41,817 nt of DNA from an uncultured Phenylobacterium sp. (GTDB lineage: Bacteria > Pseudomonadota > Alphaproteobacteria > Caulobacterales > Caulobacteraceae): assembly GCA_945952175.1 (NCBI GenBank), contig CAMFHW010000001.1, forward strand, positions 1 to 41,817. The letters are read 5' to 3'. Position 1 is the first letter of the stretch, and the number at the start of each line of letters is the position of its first letter. Below, piece by piece: positions 9,208 through 20,672 of this stretch. The notes beneath the pieces are model-generated. The model was not told where the DNA came from and made no database searches. It saw only the letters and a list, made by a program, of their open reading frames with translations. A program made the position numbers and the translations under genes.

Positions 9208-9217
9208 GGGTCTCGCC

Positions 9218-9682
9218 TCAATCGCGGTGATAGGGGCCTCCCGCCAGGATCGTCACGGCACGGTAGACCTGTTCGGCCAGCATGGCGCGCACGAGGGCGT
9301 GAGGCCAGGTCTGGGGGCCGAAGGCGAGCTTGCCGTTCGCCTCGGCCACCAGGGCGGGGTCGAGGCCGTCGGCCCCGCCGATCACCAGCACCAGGCGGCG
9401 CACGCCGTCGTCGCGCAGGCGCCCGATCAGGCCGGCGAAGTCGCGGGAGGTCCGCGCGGTCCCGCGCTCGTCGCAGGCGATGACATGGGAGTCGGCCAGG
9501 TGGGCGCGGAGCGCCTCGGCTTCGGCGGCCTTGCCGGGCTTGCGGGCCTCGACCTCGATCACCTCGACGGGACCCAGGCCCAGGGATCGCCCGGCCGCGG
9601 TGGCGCGGTCGACATAGGTCTTGACCAGTTCGACCTCGGGCGACCGCGGCAGGCGGCCGACCGCCAGCAGCACCAGCCTCAA
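9218..9682 (-). CDS. rlmH: 23S rRNA pseudouridine-1915 N3-methyltransferase
   Basis: DERG, IGGADGL, TWPHALVRAMLAEQVYRAVTILAGGPYHR. Confidence 0.96.
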   Translation of the reverse strand: MRLVLLAVGRLPRSPEVELVKTYVDRATAAGRSLGLGPVEVIEVEARKPGKAAEAEALRAHLADSHVIACDERGTARTSRDFAGLIGRLRDDGVRRLVLVIGGADGLDPALVAEANGKLAFGPQTWPHALVRAMLAEQVYRAVTILAGGPYHRD

Positions 9683-10092
9683 GAGATGGCGGCGCGGACC
9701 GGCGGCTCGACCGACCAGATCTTCTCGATGTTGTAGAAGCTGCGGACTTCGGGCCGGAACAGGTGGACGATCACGTCGCCGGTGTCGATCAGCACCCAGT
9801 CGCAGTGCGGCATGCCCTCGACGCGGGCCTTGCCGTAGCCCTCGTCCTTGAGGGCGCGCAGCAGGTGATCGGCCATGGCGCCGACATGACGGTGCGACCG
9901 TCCGGACGCGACGATCAGGCCGTCGGCGACAGCGCTCTTGCCTTTGAGATCGATGAAAACAACGTCCTGGGCCTTGTCGTCGTCGAGACGGGCCAGGATC
10001 AGGTCCTCCAGGGCGGAAATCCGCTGCTGGGGGTCGCCGTCGGCCGAAGGGGCCGGGGCGCGTTGCGCGCTAGGCGCAGGGTCAGGGCTCAG
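9679..10092 (-). CDS. rsfS: Ribosome silencing factor (Iojap), probable CTG start, 137 aa
   Basis: LDDDKAQDVVFIDLKGKS, VASGRSHRHV, WVLIDTGDVIVHLFRPEVRSFYNIEKIW; CTG at 10092 lies 8 nt downstream of SD AAAGGAG; ORF track reports only the last 65 aa. Confidence 0.92.
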   Translation of the reverse strand: MSPDPAPSAQRAPAPSADGDPQQRISALEDLILARLDDDKAQDVVFIDLKGKSAVADGLIVASGRSHRHVGAMADHLLRALKDEGYGKARVEGMPHCDWVLIDTGDVIVHLFRPEVRSFYNIEKIWSVEPPVRAAIS

Positions 10093-10173
10093 CGGGGTCG
10101 CTCCTTTGTTGCCTCGCTAGGCGGGGTCCATACCACGGAATGCGGGCGCGGTCAGCCCGCGCTCACGAACTCG

Positions 10174-10842
10174 TCAGGCGCGCGAGGCGCGAGCTTGCCT
10201 CATGCGTTCCCGAAGCGCCGTCGACGACTGGAAATTCAGCGGTCCGCGCAGGAAGACCCAGGCGGGGGGAACGGTGTCCGGCAGGCCGCGGGCCTGGGTC
10301 GAGGGTCGGCGATTGCGGGCGAACCGGCGCGCGGCGGGCGACGAGCGGCTCTTCAGCGAGATCCAGGGCCGCGAGACCACGGCGACCGGGACCTCGGCCA
10401 TGATCTGGGTCCAGCCGCGCCAGCGGTGGAAGCTCGCCAGGCTGTCGGCGCCCATGATCCAGACGAACTTGACCCCCGGAAAGCGGGCCTTCAGCACCCG
10501 CAGGGTGTCGATGGTGTACTGGGTGCCGATCTGGGTCTCGATCCCGGAGACGATCATGGCGGGACCCTGGGCCACGGCCTGGGCGCCCCTGATGCGGTCG
10601 GCCTGGCTCGCCAGTTCGTGGCGCGACTTCAGCGGGTTCTGCGGGCTGACCAGCCAGATCACCTTGTCGAGGCCGAGCCGGCGGCGCGCGGTCTCGGCCA
10701 CGTGGGCGTGGCCCTGGTGGGCCGGATTGAACGAGCCGCCATAGAGGCCCACGCGCATGCCCGGCGCCAGCGAGAAGCCGAGGCGCAGGGTGGCGGGCCG
10801 ACCCGCGGCGGGGACGCGCCTAGCGGGGCCCGCGAACCACAT
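10174..10842 (-). CDS. nadD: Nicotinate-nucleotide adenylyltransferase
   Basis: GLYGGSFNPAHQGH, WLVSPQNPLK, WIMGADSL, SSTALR. Confidence 0.95.
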   Translation of the reverse strand: MWFAGPARRVPAAGRPATLRLGFSLAPGMRVGLYGGSFNPAHQGHAHVAETARRRLGLDKVIWLVSPQNPLKSRHELASQADRIRGAQAVAQGPAMIVSGIETQIGTQYTIDTLRVLKARFPGVKFVWIMGADSLASFHRWRGWTQIMAEVPVAVVSRPWISLKSRSSPAARRFARNRRPSTQARGLPDTVPPAWVFLRGPLNFQSSTALRERMRQARASRA

Positions 10843-10857
10843 GGACCTGTCCGAGCC

Positions 10858-12435
10858 TCAAGACCGCTTCGCCGTCTCGGGATTGCGATCGAGATGGATG
10901 TCGGCCTGGCGCACCCGGGCGCGGACCGTGAAGACGCCGTCGCCGGCCAGGACGCCGCCGCGGGCGAACAGGCGGCCATGCTCCCAGTTGGAGAGGCCGA
11001 GCTCGGGACGGTTCAGGGCGTACTGGCCGTCGACCCAGCGGGTGAAGCCGTCGCCGGCGAAGGGCGCGTCGGCCGCGGCGAAGAAGCGGTCGTGAGCCGC
11101 AGGGTCCCGCGAGATCAGGCTGGCGGCGAAGCGGGGGCTGTAGCGGTTGAAGAGGGCCACGGCGGCGTCGAGGTCGTCGACCACGGCCAGGGTGACCTCC
11201 GGCGTGTCCTCCCACTCCCATTCGCGACCGAGCTCGGCCTGGGCGAGGCGTTCGGCCAGGGGCTCTTCGCGGGCGCCCTCGGCCCGGGCGACGGTGACGC
11301 GGGCCTCGCGCCAGTCGGCGGGGACCAGGTCCCAGGCGTCGTCGAGGACGTGCAGCTTGCAGCCGGCGCGCCGGACCCCGGCGTCCTTCAGGGCGCGCAG
11401 GAAGACGGGGATCAGCTCGGCGGCCCGCTCGCGCACGATGCAGCAGACATTGAGCGTGTTGCAGACCTTGCGGTCGAGCGAGTGATAGACGGCCGCCTCG
11501 AAGCGCCCGGCGTCGGCGGCGGTGTCCGCCACCATCCAGGCGCCGCCCGTGCCGTGCAGGCTGACCGGGGTCCCGGCTTGCCGGGCGATGGCGCCGAGCT
11601 GGGCGACGGCCGGCCCGGAGCCGCGGGCCACGGCGAGCGCCAGGCGCGGATCGGAGAACATCGCCCAGCCGGCGGCGTGTTCCGGCGAGGCGATCAGGGC
11701 CGCCGCGCCGTCGGGCAGGCCGGCCTTGGCGAGCGCCGGGTCCAGCGCGTGCTCGACGATGGCGCGGGCGGTGCCGAGCGCGTCGGAGCCGATGCGGAAC
11801 ACCACGGTGTTGCCGGTGCGCAGGACGCCGGTGGCGTCGGCGAAGACGTTCGGGCGGCCCTCGAAGACGAAGCCGACCACGCCGAGCGGGGCGGCGACCT
11901 GCTCGACGCTCCAGCCGGGATGCTCGATCGTCTCCAGCACCCGGCCGCGGCCGGCCGGGCTGTCGCGCCAGGCCCGCAGGCCGGCGATCATGTCGCGGCG
12001 CATGGCCTCGCCGATGGCCAGGCGGGTGGGGGAGCGCCCGCGCGCGCGGGCACGCTCGACGTCCTCGGCGTTGGCGGCGGCGATCCGGGTCCAGACGATC
12101 TCGTCGGCCAGGGCGGCGGCGAAGGCGTCGAAGAAGGCGCTGATCTGATCGTCGCCCACCGATCCCATCCGGGCGGAGGCGGCGTGGGAGCGGCCGGCGG
12201 CGTGGTCGGGCAGGGCCTGGACGGCTGCAGGCACGTGCAGCAGGTCGCCGGTGTCCTGCACCACCACCAGCCGATCGCCGGGGCGGAAGGCGGCGGCGAG
12301 GGCGTCGGACACGTGGGTCACGCGGTCGCCGCCGAACACGATCGGCATGCCCGGGACGAGCGTGTCCAGCCGGGCGATCCTCGCCCCCGGTCCCTTCGTC
12401 GATCCCGCGCCCGCTCCGTCCACGTCCGCCGCCAT
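10858..12435 (-). CDS. proA: Glutamate-5-semialdehyde dehydrogenase, atypical N-terminally extended form
   Basis: PLGVVGFVFEGRPNV, GNTVVFRIGSDA, catalytic VCNT, FTRWVDG...ELGLS...ARGG; position between proB and nadD. Confidence 0.85.
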   Translation of the reverse strand: MAADVDGAGAGSTKGPGARIARLDTLVPGMPIVFGGDRVTHVSDALAAAFRPGDRLVVVQDTGDLLHVPAAVQALPDHAAGRSHAASARMGSVGDDQISAFFDAFAAALADEIVWTRIAAANAEDVERARARGRSPTRLAIGEAMRRDMIAGLRAWRDSPAGRGRVLETIEHPGWSVEQVAAPLGVVGFVFEGRPNVFADATGVLRTGNTVVFRIGSDALGTARAIVEHALDPALAKAGLPDGAAALIASPEHAAGWAMFSDPRLALAVARGSGPAVAQLGAIARQAGTPVSLHGTGGAWMVADTAADAGRFEAAVYHSLDRKVCNTLNVCCIVRERAAELIPVFLRALKDAGVRRAGCKLHVLDDAWDLVPADWREARVTVARAEGAREEPLAERLAQAELGREWEWEDTPEVTLAVVDDLDAAVALFNRYSPRFAASLISRDPAAHDRFFAAADAPFAGDGFTRWVDGQYALNRPELGLSNWEHGRLFARGGVLAGDGVFTVRARVRQADIHLDRNPETAKRS

Positions 12436-12584
12436 ATGCTCAAGATGAGCCTTAGTAGGCCTCTTTCAGCCCCGGTTCAAACCCGACTGCGACAGCCTGC
12501 CGCAGCCGGATTAAGCGCGCTGTTACGGTTACCGGCCATTCCTGGCACGGCCAGAACGGCATCCGGGGGCGGACTGCGAGAACC

Positions 12585-15008
12585 ATGAAACGGTTCCTGT
12601 CATTGGGGGTCCTGCTGCAGGCCATCACGGGCCTGCTGGCCCTGGCCCTGGTCGCCGCCTGCGCCGTCTCCGCCGAACGCGCCTACCAGCGGCGCGAGGT
12701 CGCCCGCCAGATGGTGCTGGCCACCGAAGTCACCCACGACCTGTTCGACGCCATGCAGGGCCTGCGCATGGAGCGCGGCGCCACGGCGGTGGTGCTGTCG
12801 CGGCGCGACGCCTCCAACGATTCCTACCGTCGCGTGCCGCCCCTGCGCGATGCGGCCGAAGCGGCCCTGGCGCGGGCCCTCACCACGCTCGCCGAGCAGC
12901 GGGACAACCGGTCGGCCAGCGAAGTGGCCAGCAACGCGGTCTTCATCGAACGGATCCGGCGAGACCATGAGCGGGTGGTGGCGATGCGCGTGCGGACGCT
13001 CGCCGCCCTCGCCCTGCCGCTGGAGAAGCGGCCGCCGGGCCTGCGGCAGGAATGGACCGCCGCCGTCGACGGCCTGAACAACGACATCGAAGCGCTGTCG
13101 GACGACCTCGCCGACGAGGTGGTCCGCATGGATCCGTTCGCCGCGCGGATGATGCGGGTCAAGCAACTGGTCTGGCGCGAACGCGAGGCCCTGGGCGGCG
13201 AAGGCATGCTGCTGGGCGACATGGCCGGCCAGGATGCGCGCCCGACCCTGGAGCAGCAGATCATTCTGGCGCAGCACCGGGGCGAGGCGGAGGGCGTCTG
13301 GCAGAGCCTGGCGGTCGACGCGAACGGCCCCGAGGCGCCGGCCGAGCTGCGGGCCGCCTACCGTGTGGCTTCGGCCAACCTGGACCATATCCGCCGGACC
13401 GAGATCGCGGTGGTCCAGTCGCTGGCGGCGGGCGACCGCCGGATCCACGACGCGGGGACCGCCACCAACGACGTCTTCTTCATCACCGTGAAGTCGCTGA
13501 CCAAGGTCGCGGACGCCGCGCTCGACGCCATGGCGCTTCACGCCCGCACCCAGGCCGCCAGCGCCCAGCGCGACTTCCTGCTGGCGGTCTATCTGATGGC
13601 CGGCGCCTCGATGCTGGGCCTGATCGGCGCGATCATGATCCTGGGCCGGGTGGTGAGGCCGATCAGCGGCATCACCGAGGCCATGGCCCAGGTGGCGGAC
13701 GGCGACCTGGAGCGCGAGATCCCCTATGTGGGCCGCGCCGACGAGATCGGACGCCTGGCCCGGGCGCTCGGCAAGTTCCGGGCGGGCGCGCGCGAGGCGC
13801 GCCGCATGGAGGCCGAGCTGGTCTCCAGCCGCGTGGCGCAGGAAGCGGCCGAGGCGGCCAACCATATGAAGTCGCAGTTCCTGGCCAATATGAGCCACGA
13901 GATCCGCACCCCGCTGAACGGCGTGCTGGGCATGGCCCAGGCCATGGAGATGGACAAGCTGTCCACCGCCCAGCGCGAGCGGCTGGGCGCCATCCGCGAT
14001 TCCGGTTCGGCCCTGCTGCAGATCCTGAACGACGTGCTGGACATCTCGAAGATCGAGGCCGGCAAGCTGGAGCTGAGCTACGCGCCCTTCGACCTGGAGA
14101 CCCTGGTCCGGCGCACCGTCGCCACCTTCGCCGGCAACGCGGCGGCCAAGGGGCTGGAGCTGAGCGGCGTGGTCTCGGAGCGTGCGGCCGGCGGCTGGGT
14201 GGGCGACGCCGAGCGGCTGCGCCAGATCCTCGCCAACCTGGTCTCCAACGCGGTGAAGTTCACCGACCGGGGCTCGGTCGCGGTCAAGGTCGAACGCGTC
14301 GCCCAGGGCCTGGCCTTCACCGTGCGCGACACCGGCATCGGCATGGCGCCGGAGGCGGCGCCGCGGCTGTTCGCCAAGTTCAGCCAGGTCGACGATTCCA
14401 ACGAGCGGCGGTTCGGCGGCACGGGCCTGGGCCTCGCCATCTGCCGCGAGCTGGTGGAGATGATGGGCGGCGCCATCGAGGTCGAGAGCGCGCCGGGCCA
14501 GGGCTCCGTCTTCCGGGTCACCGTGCCGGCCGAGCGGGCGGAACAGCCGGCGGCGGGCGATGCGGCCCCGGCGGAAACGGCCGCCCCGGGCCTGGGCGAA
14601 CGCGCCGTGCGCGTCCTGGCGGCGGAGGACAACGCCACCAACCAGCGTGTCCTGCAGGCCCTTCTCGCGCCGCTCGGCGTGGACCTGGTCATGGTCGACG
14701 ACGGACGCGCGGCCCTGGAGGCCTGGCGCACCGAGGCCTTCGACCTGATCCTGATGGACATCCAGATGCCCGGCATGGGCGGCGTCGCTGCCTCCCTCGC
14801 GATCCGCGCCGCCGAGACCGCCAGCGGACGGCCGCCAATCCCGATCATCGCGCTGTCGGCCAACGCCATGAGCCACCAGGTGGCGGAATACCGCGCGGCG
14901 GGCATGACCGGCTATGTGGCCAAGCCCATAGACATCGGCGCCCTGCACGAGGCGATCCGCGTGGCGATCGAGGAGCCGGTGCTGCCCGAGGTGCGGGCGA
15001 GCGCGTAG
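12585..15008 (+). CDS. Membrane hybrid sensor histidine kinase (sensor-HAMP-HisKA-HATPase-REC)
   Basis: Two TM segments, HAMP (RADEIGRLARAL), FLANMSHEIRTPLNG H-box, NLVSNAVKFT, DTGIG, GGTGLGL, REC AAEDN...ILMDIQMP...KP. Confidence 0.95.
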   Translation: MKRFLSLGVLLQAITGLLALALVAACAVSAERAYQRREVARQMVLATEVTHDLFDAMQGLRMERGATAVVLSRRDASNDSYRRVPPLRDAAEAALARALTTLAEQRDNRSASEVASNAVFIERIRRDHERVVAMRVRTLAALALPLEKRPPGLRQEWTAAVDGLNNDIEALSDDLADEVVRMDPFAARMMRVKQLVWREREALGGEGMLLGDMAGQDARPTLEQQIILAQHRGEAEGVWQSLAVDANGPEAPAELRAAYRVASANLDHIRRTEIAVVQSLAAGDRRIHDAGTATNDVFFITVKSLTKVADAALDAMALHARTQAASAQRDFLLAVYLMAGASMLGLIGAIMILGRVVRPISGITEAMAQVADGDLEREIPYVGRADEIGRLARALGKFRAGAREARRMEAELVSSRVAQEAAEAANHMKSQFLANMSHEIRTPLNGVLGMAQAMEMDKLSTAQRERLGAIRDSGSALLQILNDVLDISKIEAGKLELSYAPFDLETLVRRTVATFAGNAAAKGLELSGVVSERAAGGWVGDAERLRQILANLVSNAVKFTDRGSVAVKVERVAQGLAFTVRDTGIGMAPEAAPRLFAKFSQVDDSNERRFGGTGLGLAICRELVEMMGGAIEVESAPGQGSVFRVTVPAERAEQPAAGDAAPAETAAPGLGERAVRVLAAEDNATNQRVLQALLAPLGVDLVMVDDGRAALEAWRTEAFDLILMDIQMPGMGGVAASLAIRAAETASGRPPIPIIALSANAMSHQVAEYRAAGMTGYVAKPIDIGALHEAIRVAIEEPVLPEVRASA

Positions 15009-15017
15009 GTCTTACGC

Positions 15018-15228
15018 CCGCTCATCCCGGCGAATGCCGGGACCCAGATCACATGGTTGGACGGTCCGTGATCCTTCCCCCTTTGGACGCGGAGATCGCA
15101 GAGAAGACAAAGAGGTCGCGGAGGCGCTCTTCTCTGCGATCTCCGTGAACCTCCGCGAACTCTGCGTTCAAAGGCTGCCTAGCTCAGCGCTTCAGGATCT
15201 GGATCCCGGCATTCGCCGGGACGAGCGG
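15018..15228. repeat. Composite palindromic repeat: outer 33-bp inverted repeat enclosing a second element
   Basis: CCGCTCATCCCGGCGAATGCCGGGACCCAGATC (15018-15050) vs GATCTGGATCCCGGCATTCGCCGGGACGAGCGG (15196-15228), 2 mismatches; each arm is itself a hairpin. Confidence 0.85.
15080..15174. repeat. Inner palindromic element built from CGC(A/G)GAG / CTC(T/C)GCG units
   Basis: CCTTTGGACGCGGAGATCGCAGAG...CTCCGCGAACTCTGCGTTCAAAGG terminal inverted repeat (20/24 match) plus internal GGAGATCGCAGAGAAGA/TCTTCTCTGCGATCTCC pairing. Confidence 0.75.
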
Positions 15229-15236
15229 AAGTTGGC

Positions 15237-18044
<2,808 letters not shown>

Positions 18045-18103
18045 TTGAGACCTCCCGGCCCTCTATCGGGGCCCTTATCCGGCGCGTCCGAGGCGACACG
18101 CCC

Positions 18104-18144
18104 AAAACGAAAGCGGGGAGTCCGGCGTTCCGGACTCCCCGCTT
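18104..18144 (-). terminator. Rho-independent terminator downstream of rpmA
   Basis: Perfect 15-bp stem AAGCGGGGAGTCCGG/CCGGACTCCCCGCTT, 4-nt loop, ending in TTTCGTTTT on the minus strand. Confidence 0.75.
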
Positions 18145-18194
18145 GGAGATCTACCGGTCCGCCGAACTGGCGGACCCGAAGTGAGGATCCGCCT

Positions 18195-18464
18195 CTACTT
18201 CGCGTTCGCCTCATTGGCCACGACCGTCACATAGGTGCGGTCGTCGCGCTTGGTCACGAACTTCACGGCGCCTTCGGCCGTGGCGAAGAGGGTGTGGTCC
18301 TTGCCCATGCCGACGTTGTCGCCCGGGAAGAACTTGGTGCCGCGCTGGCGCACGATGATGTTGCCAGCGTCGACGGCTTCACCGCCGAACTTCTTGACGC
18401 CGAGGCGGCGGCCCGCCGAGTCGCGCCCGTTGCGCGAGGAACCGCCGGATTTCTTGTGAGCCAT
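18195..18464 (-). CDS. rpmA: 50S ribosomal protein L27
   Basis: [34 protein letters not shown]. Confidence 0.99.
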   Translation of the reverse strand: MAHKKSGGSSRNGRDSAGRRLGVKKFGGEAVDAGNIIVRQRGTKFFPGDNVGMGKDHTLFATAEGAVKFVTKRDDRTYVTVVANEANAK

Positions 18465-18561
18465 AGTGGCCTCCTAAAACGCCCGGCCATTCCGCGCCGC
18501 GGAAATGGCCGAATTCCTATCTCAAGATCCGAAATCCAACCGGATTTCGGGGGGCCGACGC

Positions 18562-19140
18562 TTATTCGGCGTCGGACTTCTTGGCTGCGGCCTTCTTGGG
18601 CGCAGCCTTCTTCTCGGTGGCTTCGGCCTTCGGCGCGGCGGCCTTCTTGGCCGGAGCGTCCGCGGCGGCTTCCGCCTTCGGAGCGGCCTTGGCCTTGGCC
18701 GGCTTGGCGGCGACCGCAGGCGCGGCGGCTTCCAGGGCGGCGACCACGTTCTTCAGGTTGCGGGCCTTGGCGTCGAGCAGGGCCTTCGGCGTCAGGTCGA
18801 CCGTGCCGTCCCACTTGTCCGACTTGCCGGCGCCGGCGATCGCGGTGACGCGCAGCACGGTTTCGGTCTGGCGGTGGCCACGGGTGCGGCGATAGCCCTG
18901 GCGACGGATCTTCTTGAAGATCTTCACCTTCTCGCCCTTGCGGGTCTCGATCAGGGTCGCACTGACCGAAGCGCCGTCCACGGTGGGCGCGCCCACGGTC
19001 ACGGCCTCGCCGTCGCCCAGCATCAGGACTTCACCGAAGGCGACGTCCGCGCCCGGCTCGCCGTCCAGCTTTTCGACCACGAGCACGTCGCCGGGCTGAA
19101 CCCGGTACTGCTTGCCGCCGGTCTTGATCACCGCGTACAT
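18562..19140 (-). CDS. rplU: 50S ribosomal protein L21 with Ala/Lys-rich C-terminal extension
   Basis: MYAVIKTGGKQYRV, RRQGYRRTRGHRQ; start set at ATG 19140. Confidence 0.98.
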   Translation of the reverse strand: MYAVIKTGGKQYRVQPGDVLVVEKLDGEPGADVAFGEVLMLGDGEAVTVGAPTVDGASVSATLIETRKGEKVKIFKKIRRQGYRRTRGHRQTETVLRVTAIAGAGKSDKWDGTVDLTPKALLDAKARNLKNVVAALEAAAPAVAAKPAKAKAAPKAEAAADAPAKKAAAPKAEATEKKAAPKKAAAKKSDAE

Positions 19141-19226
19141 CGTTCGCGCCCTAAAACCTTGTCTTGAAGACAACTATAGCAAAAAGGATTGCGCCCGCGG
19201 GATGGCCCACGGGCGGGAAGCGCGGT

Positions 19227-19254
19227 CTTATACAGACGCTCCCGCCCGAGTCAA
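19227..19254 (-). promoter_or_regulatory. Housekeeping sigma70-type promoter of rplU-rpmA
   Basis: Minus strand TTGACT-N16-TATAAG about 87 nt upstream of rplU. Confidence 0.65.
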
Positions 19255-19273
19255 CGCGACAAGGCGTTGAAAA

Positions 19274-20644
19274 TCAGTCCGCGGCGTTGGTTTCGCCGGC
19301 CTTGGCGCGGGCGATCCGCACCTCGTCGCCCTGCCAGGTCTCGACCACCGCACGGGTGACCGCCTGCATGAATTCCAGGCGCTGCGGCGTGGGCTTGTGG
19401 GTCCGCTGCAGCATGACCGCGACGGCGTAGGTCTTGCCGTCCGGCGCCGTGAGCAGGCCCACGTCATTGATGCCGATCGAGGCGCCCTTAAAGTCCTGGC
19501 CGGTGCCGGTCTTGTGCGCGATCTGCCAGTCGCCGGGCAGGCCGCCCTTCAGGCGCCGCGGGCCGGTCTTGCACTTGGCCATGATGTCCAGGATCGTCTC
19601 GGTCGAGGCCTTGGACAGCAGTTCGCCGCGCTTCAGGGCGGCGAGGCCCGAGACGATGCCCACCGGGCTCGCCCCGTCGTAGGGATTGGCGATGTAGGCG
19701 TCCATGGCGGCCTCGCGCACGTCGTGCGGCAGCCGCGCGCGCGCGGCGTCGAAGGCGCCGTAGGGCGACAGGTCCTTGGTCCAGGTCAGGCCGGCGATAT
19801 GGGCCTGCAGGTGCTTCTCGTCCTCGGCCAGCTTCACCCCGTCGAGCGACTTGCGCCGGATCACGTCCAGCACGCCGGGCGCGCCGCCGGCCAGGCTCAT
19901 CAGCTTGTCGTTGGCGGCGTTGTCGGACTGGATCAGCGCGTGGTGCATCAGGTTGCGCACGGTGGTGCGATAGCCCGTCTCGCCGATCTGGTAGGAGATC
20001 GGCTGGTTGAACACGCTGCGGTCGTCGGGGCCGAGCACGACCTCCTGGTCGAGCCCGAGATGGCCGCGGTCGACCGAGTCGAGCACCGAGATCGCCACCC
20101 AGAGCTTGGAGACGCTCTGCTGCGGGAACGGCTTGTCGCCGGACACCGAGGTGACCCAGCCCTCGGAGACGTCCGCCACGGCGACGCCCACCGGCTCGCC
20201 ATAGGCGGCGGCGAGCGCTTCCAGCTTGCGCTGCAGGGCCGCCGGACCGGGGGTCAGCGGCTTGGCGATGCGCACGTCCATGTCCAGGTGCGCGGAGGGG
20301 GCGGCCATGGCGGTCGCCACCACGTGCGGGCGTTCCTTCTCCGGCACGAAATGGAAGGCGGTGACGGCCGCGGCCGTCGCGCCGACCGCGCCGGCGATCT
20401 TCCAGCGATGGCGGAACAGGCCCACGGCGCCGGCGACCGCGCCGTCGCCGAGGCGCTCAGGCAGGTGGGTCATGAAGGGGACGAGGCCGCGCCGCGCATT
20501 GGAGACCGCGACGCAGGTCGCCCAGCCGGCGTCGGCCAGGGTCCAGAAAACGCTGCTCACTGCCCGGAGGGCCAGGGGGCGAGGGCGAAACTCGCCCAAA
20601 CCCATGACCTCGGCAGACGGTTCAAGTACGCGATCCATCGACAT
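19274..20644 (-). CDS. Class A beta-lactamase-like serine hydrolase with long N-terminal extension
   Basis: FPQQSVSK (SxxK), SDN, omega-loop EDEKHLQ, HKTGTG; start placed at ATG 20644 to avoid overlap with the upstream gene (start uncertain). Confidence 0.85.
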   Translation of the reverse strand: MSMDRVLEPSAEVMGLGEFRPRPLALRAVSSVFWTLADAGWATCVAVSNARRGLVPFMTHLPERLGDGAVAGAVGLFRHRWKIAGAVGATAAAVTAFHFVPEKERPHVVATAMAAPSAHLDMDVRIAKPLTPGPAALQRKLEALAAAYGEPVGVAVADVSEGWVTSVSGDKPFPQQSVSKLWVAISVLDSVDRGHLGLDQEVVLGPDDRSVFNQPISYQIGETGYRTTVRNLMHHALIQSDNAANDKLMSLAGGAPGVLDVIRRKSLDGVKLAEDEKHLQAHIAGLTWTKDLSPYGAFDAARARLPHDVREAAMDAYIANPYDGASPVGIVSGLAALKRGELLSKASTETILDIMAKCKTGPRRLKGGLPGDWQIAHKTGTGQDFKGASIGINDVGLLTAPDGKTYAVAVMLQRTHKPTPQRLEFMQAVTRAVVETWQGDEVRIARAKAGETNAAD

Positions 20645-20672
20645 TGGTTGACGCCTGATCCGGGGGCCCACG

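Noticed and set aside
9679-9876. 65-aa rsfS as a truncated gene or pseudogene
   Set aside because: The frame continues upstream with conserved RsfS sequence and an SD+CTG start
12511-12560. TTAA-N8-TTAC and TGGCACG upstream of the hybrid kinase as CtrA or sigma54 sites
   Set aside because: Wrong spacing plus a mismatch for CtrA; no TTGC at -12 for sigma54
9763-12588. 941-aa plus-strand ORF, and other long antisense or alternate-frame ORFs such as 12600..14948, 13052..15148, 6877..8298 and 39567..41441
   Set aside because: They overlap well-supported genes, have no recognisable motifs, and are expected in high-GC DNA where stop codons are scarce
18484-18550. Two hairpins between rplU and rpmA as a regulatory RNA
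   Set aside because: Seen, but no recognisable family; simple stabilising or processing stems are a sufficient explanation
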